A stretch of 26,154 bases of DNA from Solirubrobacteraceae bacterium (GTDB lineage: Bacteria; Actinomycetota; Thermoleophilia; Solirubrobacterales; Solirubrobacteraceae), in assembly GCA_050015415.1 (NCBI GenBank), contig JBEKBL010000023.1:1-26154 (forward strand). The letters run 5' to 3'. A model generated the notes under the pieces. The model was not told where the DNA came from. It made no database searches and saw only the letters and a list, made by a program, of their open reading frames with translations. Positions 11,007 through 18,301 of the stretch are shown here, one piece after another. Every line of letters begins with the position of its first letter. Position 1 is the stretch's first letter. A program made the translations under genes and the position numbers.

Positions 11007-12733
11007 GCGGCCAACAGCCCCAGTTTGCTGCCGTCCTCGAGCGTCGCGGCCGGTTCGTCGTCGCTCGCGAGCTGTTTGCTCGAGGCCGCGGCGGGGGCGC
11101 CCTGCCGGGCACCGGCGGCCAGCTCGCAGTTGATCCGGCGAGATCGCGCTCGCGCGTCGGCGACCTCGTGCTCGTGCGGCTCCTACCTGGCAGGCGTGGT
11201 GGGCGCGCCGAGATAGTCCAGAGGCTGGGGCGCCCAGACGTCGCACGCGACGTGATCGAGGCACTGATGCTCGAACGCGGACTCCGGCGCCGCTTCGATC
11301 CCGCGGTCGAGCGCCAGGCGCGGGAGTCCGTGGGCGCAGCCGGAGATCGTCGCGACCTTCGCGAGCTCCCGACCTTCACGATCGACCCCACCGGCGCCCG
11401 CGACTACGACGATGCGATCTCGGCCGAGCGCCTCGCGGATGGTCGAACGCGGATCCACGTCCACATCGCTGACGTGGCGGCGTTCGTCACGGCGGGCTCG
11501 CTGGTTGATCGCGAGGCGCAGCGGCGCGGCACGAGCGTCTATGTCCCCGGTGGCGTCGAGCCGATGCTCCCGCCGGCGCTGTCGAATGAAAAATGCTCGC
11601 TCGTGCCGGGTGAGGATCGCTTCGCAGTCACGGTGGAGCTCGATTTCGACGGCCCGCGCGTCACGCGCGCCGCGTTCACGCGCTCAGTCATCCGCTCCGA
11701 CGAGCGCCTCGACTACGCACGAGTCGACCGCATCTTCGCCGGCCGCGAGGAGCCGCTCGATCCCTGGGCGCAGCCGCTTTCGCTGGCACGCGATGTGGCC
11801 CGAGCGCTGGCCGCGGAGCGCGCCCGGCGAGGCGGCCTCGAGATCACGAGCGCGGAGCCCGACTTCGAGCTCGACCGCTCCGGTCATGTGCGCCGACTGA
11901 CGCTGGGGGCGCAAACAGAGTCGCACGCGTTGATCGAGCACCTGATGATCGCTGCCAACGAGCAGGTCGCAAAGCTGCTCGAGGAGCGCGCGTTGCCGGC
12001 GCTCTACCGTGTGCACGAGCAGCCGGATCCGGAGCGTGTGGAGCGCCTCGTCGAGCAGCTCGCTTCGTTGTCTGTGCCGACACCGCCGCTGCCCCAGCAT
12101 CTGGCGCCGGCCGCGGCGGGCGAGCTGGTTGGCAAGATTTCGCAGGCGGTCGACGCTTACGTGCGCTCGAGTGGGCGTGGTCGCCTCGCATTTGGCACGC
12201 TGATCCTGCGCTCGCTGAAGCAGGCCTACTACTCGCCGCGCAATCTCGGCCATGCTGGTCTGCGCTCTGCCCGCTACTGCCATTTCACCTCTCCGATTCG
12301 CCGTTACCCGGATCTCATCTGCCACCGCTCTCTGCTGGCGGCGATCGGCGCCGGCGAGCCGGCGCTTGACGCGACCCGGCTCGCAGAGCTCGGGCAGTGG
12401 ACGTCGATGCGCGAGCGCGACGCGGTCGACATCGAGCGCTCGGCCGACGACGTTGCCCGCTGCTTCGCGCTCCTGCGCGAAGATCCCGAGCGTCTCTGGG
12501 ACGGCGAGGTCGTCGGCGTGATCGGCGCCGGCGCGTTCGTCGCCTTCGGCGGCGGCTATGAGGGGATGGCCCCGGTCCGGCGGATGCGTGGCGACTGGTG
12601 GGAGCTGAACGAGCAGGGCACGATCCTCGTTGGCACGCGCAGTGGCAAAACGCTGCGGCTGGGGGACTCCGTCCGCGTCGCGGTCGGTTCGATCGATCCG
12701 CCGCGTGGCCGGGTCGACCTCGACATCGTTTAG
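11003..12733 (+). CDS. rnr: RNase II/RNase R family 3'-5' exoribonuclease (RNB and S1 domains)
   Basis: TIDPTGARDYDDAIS catalytic Asp motif, VHIADVA, LIEHLMIAANE, HFTSPIRRYPDL. TTG start overlaps the upstream stop (TTGA). Upstream of smpB. Confidence 0.88.
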   Translation: MSGQQPQFAAVLERRGRFVVARELFARGRGGGALPGTGGQLAVDPARSRSRVGDLVLVRLLPGRRGGRAEIVQRLGRPDVARDVIEALMLERGLRRRFDPAVERQARESVGAAGDRRDLRELPTFTIDPTGARDYDDAISAERLADGRTRIHVHIADVAAFVTAGSLVDREAQRRGTSVYVPGGVEPMLPPALSNEKCSLVPGEDRFAVTVELDFDGPRVTRAAFTRSVIRSDERLDYARVDRIFAGREEPLDPWAQPLSLARDVARALAAERARRGGLEITSAEPDFELDRSGHVRRLTLGAQTESHALIEHLMIAANEQVAKLLEERALPALYRVHEQPDPERVERLVEQLASLSVPTPPLPQHLAPAAAGELVGKISQAVDAYVRSSGRGRLAFGTLILRSLKQAYYSPRNLGHAGLRSARYCHFTSPIRRYPDLICHRSLLAAIGAGEPALDATRLAELGQWTSMRERDAVDIERSADDVARCFALLREDPERLWDGEVVGVIGAGAFVAFGGGYEGMAPVRRMRGDWWELNEQGTILVGTRSGKTLRLGDSVRVAVGSIDPPRGRVDLDIV

Positions 12734-12777
12734 CGCCCGGCCCGGTGGGGCGAGCGCGCGCACGCTACTGTCGAGCG

Positions 12778-13222
12778 ATGGCCAAGGCCAAGAAAAAGGT
12801 CGCCGCCGGCGATGTCGCGTCCAATCGCTACGCCTCATACCGCTACAACCTGCTCGAGCGCCTCGAGTGCGGCGTCGTGCTCCTCGGCACAGAGGTCAAG
12901 TCGCTGCGCGGCGGAAGCGCCCAGTTGAAGGACGGCTTCGCGACGATTCGCGACGGCGAGCTTTGGCTGCGCAACGTCCACATCCCGCCCTACGCTCCGG
13001 CCAGCCGCGCTTCTGCACCGTCGCGAGATCGACCGTCTCGCAGCACGCGTGGCCGAGCGAGGCCTCACGCTCGTGCCGACACGGATCTACTTCAAAGGGC
13101 CCCATGCGAAGATCGAGATAGCTCTCGCAAAGGGCAAGGACGTCCACGACAAACGCGAGACCCTGCGTCGTCGCGACTCGCAGCGGGAGATCGAGCGGGG
13201 CCTGCGCGAAGCGCGGCGCTGA
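12778..13222 (+). pseudogene. smpB: SsrA-binding protein SmpB, disrupted as assembled by a frameshifting internal deletion near 13009
   Basis: 12778-13008 encodes MAKAKKK...GVVLLGTEVKSLR...WLRNVHIPPYAPASR. From 13010 another frame encodes LLHRREIDRL...GLTLVPTRIYFK...KGKDVHDKRE...ERGLREARR-stop (TGA 13220-13222). The conserved NHxPxRxRK segment is absent. Confidence 0.85.
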
Positions 13223-13225
13223 GGC

Positions 13226-14068
13226 TCAGCCGATCGTGCGGTGAACGTAGGTGAAGTGCATGCCGACTGCCAGCACGATGATCAGCCCGACATAGACCGC
13301 GCCGACGATCATCCGGTTGCGGGGGGAGACCTTGTAGTAGGCGGTCTGTGCCGCCGTCGGGCTGCGACGGCGCTCCCAGCGCCGGTAGAGCTCGAAGCCC
13401 GCGACCAGCGTGATGATCAGCAGCACCGGGTTTGGTGAAACGAAGTCCAGCACGACCATCGCGCCGAAGCCGAGGAACCACATCCACGGCGCCATCGCCG
13501 CCATCGCGCGGCCGCCGTCGAGCGGCACGACCGGCAGCAGGTTGAAGAGGTTGAGGAAGAAGCCGATGTAGCCGAGCGCCTCGAGCAGGCCGGTGTGCGT
13601 CACGAGCCCGACGATCGCGACAGCTGCCGAACCGATCGTCCCGAGGATCGGGGCGGCGAGGCCCACGCGCGCTTCGGCGAGCGCGTCGTCACCGAGCGTC
13701 CGCGCGGTGATCACCGCGCCGAGGAACGGCACAAACATCGGCGCGCTCGCCTTGACCCCCTCGCGCCGCAGCGCGATCACGTGCCCAATCTCGTGGACGA
13801 ACAGCAGCACGACAAAGCCGACCGCGAACTGCCAGCCCCATAGAAGGCTGTAGGCGCCGACCGAGACCAGGGCGCTGGCGGCAGTGACGAGGATCTTGAT
13901 CTTCGGCAGGAACAGCAGTAGCGCCTTGAGCTTGGCGATCAGCGCGACCAGCGCCGCGACGACCGCGCCCAGCTTCTCGCGCAGCCACGAGCGTTTGTGG
14001 CGGCCAAACGCTTCAGTAGGCGCAGCCGGCTCGAGCACGGGCGGGATGGCGGCGGACGGGGGCTCCAT
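13226..14068 (-). CDS. Site-2 protease family (M50) intramembrane metalloprotease
   Basis: VHEIGH (HEXXH), MFVPFLGAVI, LAAPILG, LNLFNLLPVVPLDGGR (NPDG-type motif); several TM segments. Confidence 0.93.
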   Translation of the reverse strand: MEPPSAAIPPVLEPAAPTEAFGRHKRSWLREKLGAVVAALVALIAKLKALLLFLPKIKILVTAASALVSVGAYSLLWGWQFAVGFVVLLFVHEIGHVIALRREGVKASAPMFVPFLGAVITARTLGDDALAEARVGLAAPILGTIGSAAVAIVGLVTHTGLLEALGYIGFFLNLFNLLPVVPLDGGRAMAAMAPWMWFLGFGAMVVLDFVSPNPVLLIITLVAGFELYRRWERRRSPTAAQTAYYKVSPRNRMIVGAVYVGLIIVLAVGMHFTYVHRTIG

Positions 14069-14174
14069 ACCTCTCAGAGTGTGGCAGGAGCTGGTACGGC
14101 GCTTCTAAATGCTGGCCCAAAACACGCTCAACGCACTTTTTTGCGCAAGATGCGGGTTCTCTCCAAAGTGGCCC

Positions 14175-14204
14175 TTGCATCCGCCGGAGCGTCAAAGGTA
14201 TGTT
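14175..14204 (+). promoter_or_regulatory. Housekeeping-sigma-type promoter upstream of the structured RNA candidate
   Basis: TTGCAT (14175-14180), 18 nt, TATGTT (14199-14204), with a T-run upstream. Predicted +1 is about A14211. Confidence 0.6.
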
Positions 14205-14210
14205 GCACCC

Positions 14211-14329
14211 AGACGCGGATTTGAGTCGCAAAGAGCGAGGCCACCGAGGTGTGAGGCCGCGCCACCCAGAGACCGGAAACCCCTCGGGGCGACCGGAGGA
14301 GGGTTCCTCAAGCGGCTCGGTCCGCGTCT
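14211..14329 (+). ncRNA. Unassigned structured small RNA candidate (~119 nt)
   Basis: 5' 14211-14229 pairs with 3' 14312-14329 (18 bp, 3 G-U, one bulge). Inner helix 14240-14249/14282-14290; hairpin 14296-14309. Starts at the predicted +1 of the upstream promoter. Confidence 0.6.
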
Positions 14330-14376
14330 ACTTCGTTGTGTTGCCGGCGCGATATGGCGGGCGGAATCCTGAACGT

Positions 14377-14406
14377 TTGGGCGATCCCGCTCCCCGGCGC
14401 TACGAT
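14377..14406 (+). promoter_or_regulatory. Probable ssrA promoter
   Basis: TTGGGC (14377-14382), 18 nt, TACGAT (14401-14406), 20 nt before the mature tmRNA 5' end. Confidence 0.5.
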
Positions 14407-14426
14407 GTCCCATAGACATTCACCCA

Positions 14427-14790
14427 GGGGACGACAGGCTTCGACGCGGTCGGCTCGTGGGAGTGGTTGCGAGTCGAGGTCCCGGGCGGCCTCGTAAAAC
14501 ACCCGGGAAAACCATACGTGCGGACTCTCACGAGTACGCCCTCGCCGTCTAGCTAAAACTAGAGCGATGAGGTCTCGGCCCCCGCAGCCTGCGGCGGGGA
14601 TCACCGGGATCAGATAGCAGGCTCACCCGGGGCGGCCCGCCTGCGCCAATCCGGGGAAACACCAGCAGGCTGGTCCCCCGCAACCCCGCCGGCGAGGCGA
14701 GCGGAGGACGAGATCAGAGCGCCGGCTACGCTCGTAGATGCCACTTTCACGCGATCGCGGACGTGGGTTCGATTCCCACCGTCTCCACTA
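14427..14790 (+). ncRNA. ssrA: tmRNA (one-piece)
   Basis: 5' GGGGACG pairs with 3' CGTCTCC, giving a G3-U Ala identity pair and discriminator A14787. T-arm GTGGG-TTCGATT-CCCAC. Pseudoknot pk1: CGAGG 14475-79/CCTCG 14490-94 and CCCGGG 14481-86/14502-07. Tag ORF in the expected position. Confidence 0.97.
14520..14552 (+). other. tmRNA tag reading frame: (A)ADSHEYALAV-stop
   Basis: GCG GAC TCT CAC GAG TAC GCC CTC GCC GTC TAG after pk1 and ATACGT; the stop sits in a TCTAG/CTAGA helix. Confidence 0.88.
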
Positions 14791-14913
14791 GAGGCAACTA
14801 ACTGCTGCGGGTCGGCCGTCTGCTGCGCTCCCGCGATCACGCGTTTGGGCCTAAGTCGCGCCTCCTTCGGCCCCAGCGTCGCTCGCAACGGCACGTGCTT
14901 GTCGCAGAATTGG

Positions 14914-16005
14914 TTAGACGACGGCGTCTGCTGGTTTGCCGGCGGCGGCGCGACGCGTGAGGAGCGTTGTCCCGCTGAGGGCCATGACTGCGGCGACGAC
15001 GATGTAGAGGGAGATGATGAGGAGGTTGCCGGTAATGTTGAAGGAGCCGAAGTAGACGATGCGTCGGAGGGCTTCGACGCCGGCGCCGTTGGGGAGCGCG
15101 GGGCTGATCGCGCGCCAGAAGCCAGGGAGGAGGGGTGCCGGATAGGCGCCGCCGGCGCTGGGGTTGCCGAGGACGACGAATAGGATCAGCGTGAGCCCGA
15201 CGCCGATCGTCCCGAGGAAGACTTGAAAGGCCATCGTGACGGTCGCGGCGCAGTAGACGATGAGCGCTCCGAGTGCTGCGATCGCTACGAAGTGGCCAGC
15301 GAGCGCGCCGAGAACCGGGCCCACGACGATCGCTCCGCCGAGGCCTGAGAGGATGGCGTAGGGGACGAGCACGATGAGGCGAATGATCGCCCGGCGAGCG
15401 CTGGCCGGTCGTGCGCGCGTGGCGATGCCGAGCAGGGCAGCGACGAGGTAGCCGCCGATCAGCCAGCCGACGACAAGGTAGAAGCCAGTCAGGCCCCTCC
15501 CGTCTCCGGTCTGGGCTGGCACGGCGTCGGTGACCGTCGCGTTGCGGTGCTGGGCAGCTTCGACCTGTGCGATCACGTCCTCCACAGCCGTCGCGAGCGC
15601 TGCGCCACCGCCACCGGCGACGAGCAGCGCGTCGGTCTTGCCGGTCGGGCTGACGATCAGCACACCGCTGATCGAGCCGTGCCGTAGAAGGGTCCGTCCA
15701 ATGGCCTCATCGCGCACGGCGGTGGCGTGGAGCGGATGTCCGTGGAGCGCATTGAGCTCGCCGACGAGCCGGCCGGAGACCTGTGCAGGCGCGACGAGCG
15801 CGATCGGCACTCCGTGGGGCGTGGGGTGGTGGAACGCGCCGACGTAGGAGAACACGAAGCCCAGCTGGATCAGCAGCACCGCGATCACCAGGGCGAACGT
15901 TCGTCCTGGCGCGACGGCGTCCCACAGCTCGCCGAGAAAGCCTTGCCTTGTCGCGGGCGCCGCCTCGGCTGCAGGGCGTTGGGGGTTGGGCGTCTCGTTC
16001 ATCAC
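14914..16005 (-). CDS. DUF3533/ABC-2-like multi-pass membrane protein
   Basis: GAGGAG SD before GTG-ATG (16005/16002). FSYVGAFHHPTP, GDGRGLTGFYLVVGW, LGNPSAGGAYP, LPNGAGV; about six TM segments. Confidence 0.75.
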   Translation of the reverse strand: MMNETPNPQRPAAEAAPATRQGFLGELWDAVAPGRTFALVIAVLLIQLGFVFSYVGAFHHPTPHGVPIALVAPAQVSGRLVGELNALHGHPLHATAVRDEAIGRTLLRHGSISGVLIVSPTGKTDALLVAGGGGAALATAVEDVIAQVEAAQHRNATVTDAVPAQTGDGRGLTGFYLVVGWLIGGYLVAALLGIATRARPASARRAIIRLIVLVPYAILSGLGGAIVVGPVLGALAGHFVAIAALGALIVYCAATVTMAFQVFLGTIGVGLTLILFVVLGNPSAGGAYPAPLLPGFWRAISPALPNGAGVEALRRIVYFGSFNITGNLLIISLYIVVAAVMALSGTTLLTRRAAAGKPADAVV

Positions 16006-16293
16006 GGCTCCTCTTGGTGTCCAAACGATCGCGAGGACTCTCGAGCTGCTCACGCCGACCAACATCGTGTCGATCACGCTACGCGTCTCCGGCGCGCTCC
16101 TAGCACCCGGCGTGCACGACGGACTTTACGAGCTGACCATCCCCGTACTGGTCGCGCTCACCAGCGGCGTCACAAGCGCCTAGCTATTCCTCACCAAAAT
16201 CACCGCCGAGCAGACCGGCCCAACCCGGAACCGACCGAAACGTGACGAAACGCTCGTAGCGAGCCCAACGCGCAGCGCCGAAGCATCAGTGGT

Positions 16294-17172
16294 TCAGTCG
16301 TGTTCGAGGAGCGCCGCGCGGATCGCTTGGTCGAAGGTCGTGCGTGGCACTCCGAGGAGGTCCCAGATCCGGTCGTCGTGTGCGATCGTGGGGATGCGAA
16401 GGCCTTCGACCAGCGGGCGCGCTACGGCCACACTTGCGGGTGTGACGAGGTATAGCCATAGCGAGGAGAGCCGCGGCGTCAAGAACGGCACCTCAACGAG
16501 GACCGGATGCTTTCCGCGTAGCCGCGCGACTCGTTCCATCATCGTCCGGTAGGTCATCACCTCGGGTCCGCCAAGATCGAAGGTCTGGTCATAAGTGGCC
16601 TTGTTGCCGCACACGCCGAGGAGCGCCGCCAGCACATCCGCGAGCGCGACGGGCTGCGTCTCGACCGAGACCCAGCGGGGGCAGATCATGATCGGCAGCC
16701 GCTCGACGAGCGCGAGGATCGTCTCGAACGCCGTGCTCCCGCTACCGACGATCATCGCCGCGCGCAGAACCGTCACCGGAACGGCTCCGGCCTGGAGGAT
16801 CGTCGCGGTCTCGGCCCTGCTTCGCAGATGCGGCGACAGCTCGTCGGCTGCTTCGCCAAGCCCGCCGAGATAGACGATCTGGCTTGCGCCACCAGCTGCG
16901 GCGCCTCCCGCGACCGCCGTCGCTGCCGCGCGATCGAGCGCTTCGAAGTCGCCACGACCGAGAGAGTGCACGAGGTGATAGACGACGTCGACGCTGTCGA
17001 GTGCGCGACGCATCGCATCGCTGTCCGTCGCATCCGCGGCGACCCACTCGACACCGCCGTCCCCGAGCGGGCCAGCGTGCCTCGCTACACCCACGACGTC
17101 GTACTCCGCTGAGAGTGCCGCCGTTAGCGGCAGCCCGATCGTGCCACTCGCCCCGACTACGGCAACGCGCAC
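16294..17172 (-). CDS. NAD(P)H-binding atypical SDR (YbjT-like)
   Basis: N-terminal VVGASGTIG, VVYHLVHSL, IVYLGGLG, HLRSRAET, LRAAMIVGSGS, GGPEVMTY. Confidence 0.85.
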   Translation of the reverse strand: MRVAVVGASGTIGLPLTAALSAEYDVVGVARHAGPLGDGGVEWVAADATDSDAMRRALDSVDVVYHLVHSLGRGDFEALDRAAATAVAGGAAAGGASQIVYLGGLGEAADELSPHLRSRAETATILQAGAVPVTVLRAAMIVGSGSTAFETILALVERLPIMICPRWVSVETQPVALADVLAALLGVCGNKATYDQTFDLGGPEVMTYRTMMERVARLRGKHPVLVEVPFLTPRLSSLWLYLVTPASVAVARPLVEGLRIPTIAHDDRIWDLLGVPRTTFDQAIRAALLEHD

Positions 17173-17589
17173 TCAGCCAGCCTCGCGCGCGACGCGTGCC
17201 AGAAAGCGTCTGCCGACCAGATCGTGCAGCAACGACTCGATCCGCCACAACGGCCCGCGCAGCAACGGACTGAAACCCGCGACGTCCACGGCCACGTCAC
17301 CACCGTTGGCGCGCCACTCAATCGTCCCGCCCGGCCGCCGCGCGAACAACCCGCCAAGAATCGCGCGGCGACCGTCCACCAGCGGGCCAAAACGCAACAG
17401 GACCGGCCAAACACCAAGGAAACGCAGGGCATCGCTTGAGAACCGCACCCAGCCCAGCGTAACCCGCCGAACGGCTTCCCAATACAACAGCTCGAGCCGC
17501 ATCACATCGACCGCCGCTGCGATCGGCGCACGCTGACACGTATCGATCGTCCCACTTGCGTGCATCACGCTGACACTCTCCATCGCCAC
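17173..17589 (-). CDS. Hypothetical protein (~136-138 aa) abutting the SDR gene
   Basis: Its TGA is directly followed by the SDR GTG. TAGCCT box 9 nt upstream of ATG 17583. Confidence 0.6.
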   Translation of the reverse strand: MAMESVSVMHASGTIDTCQRAPIAAAVDVMRLELLYWEAVRRVTLGWVRFSSDALRFLGVWPVLLRFGPLVDGRRAILGGLFARRPGGTIEWRANGGDVAVDVAGFSPLLRGPLWRIESLLHDLVGRRFLARVAREAG

Positions 17590-17957
17590 CAGAGGCTAGC
17601 GCCGACGCAGAAGCCGACGCGTGCCATCACGGCCACAACGGCTAAGCGATCGCGCAGGGACCGCGACGACGGCCCGACAGATAAGGCCGGCTCGCGCGGG
17701 ACGCGGGGGTGCTTGAAATCAACGGCGCCGCAGCCTATGTGCTGATGGTTCGAGACTCGACTCAACCTTGACAGCGGCTTCGTCGATGTTGGTAAAAGCG
17801 GGCCAGTACTGTGAGGCTCCTGCTCCAGTTTCGGCGGGACTCGCGGCGCTAGTGACCTCTCTCGCCGGATGGCGAGCCGCTCTTCGCGGACACGTGTTTT
17901 CGCGCCCCCGGACCCCGAGTACTCGCCGCCCTGTCGCCGGCCTTATATGAGAGATGG

Positions 17958-18188
17958 GTGCAACCGACCGTGTCATTGACACTTGTGATGGTTATAAACG
18001 TGGCACTTGCTGCCGCGAGCGTTGTCGTGCTAGCCGTCGTAATGTCGTGGGCTGCGCGCGTGACGTCCGATGAGCCAATCCTTTCGTCCACGCCTCGGCC
18101 TCTTGGGCCTCGGACGGTGGGCCTACCACGCCGGCCGCGTTCAACGCACGTCACGCGCCCTCGTGCACGGCCGCGTGCCCACGCGTGA
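17958..18188 (+). CDS. Small single-pass membrane protein candidate (<=76 aa)
   Basis: Hydrophobic LTLVMVINVALAAASVVVLAVVMSW followed by an Arg/Pro-rich tail. Lies in an otherwise empty gap; start uncertain. Confidence 0.45.
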   Translation: MQPTVSLTLVMVINVALAAASVVVLAVVMSWAARVTSDEPILSSTPRPLGPRTVGLPRRPRSTHVTRPRARPRAHA

Positions 18189-18301
18189 CGGCACGGGGAT
18201 GTCTTGTGTCATCGGCGCTGTGGCTGCCCATTCGGCGTGCCGTGGGCAGTCCACCATGCGCCGGCGCGTCAGCGAACTAGCACACGAAACGCTAACGAAT
18301 G

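Noticed and set aside
13217-13230. GCTGAG-G-CTCAGC inverted repeat
   Set aside because: Mostly explained by two convergent TGA stops; very short loop and no U-tract.
14211-14329. SRP RNA, 5S rRNA, RNase P, Y RNA, retron ncRNA or riboswitch identity for the structured RNA
   Set aside because: No CAGG..GGAA..AGCAG SRP motif, no 5S or RNase P core motifs, no TTCGA T-loop, no reverse transcriptase or Ro gene in the window, and no downstream CDS on the same strand. Judged by eye only.
14761-14790. Stand-alone tRNA gene suggested by the T-arm
   Set aside because: It is the 3' part of the tmRNA tRNA-like domain, pairing with 14427-14433.
15986-16183. 65-aa hydrophobic + strand ORF
   Set aside because: It overlaps the start and SD of the opposite-strand membrane protein gene; no motif or start context.
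17745-17770. GGTTCGAG segment as a tRNA/ssrA-derived att remnant
   Set aside because: Only GGTTCGA is shared; the flanks do not match the ssrA 3' end.
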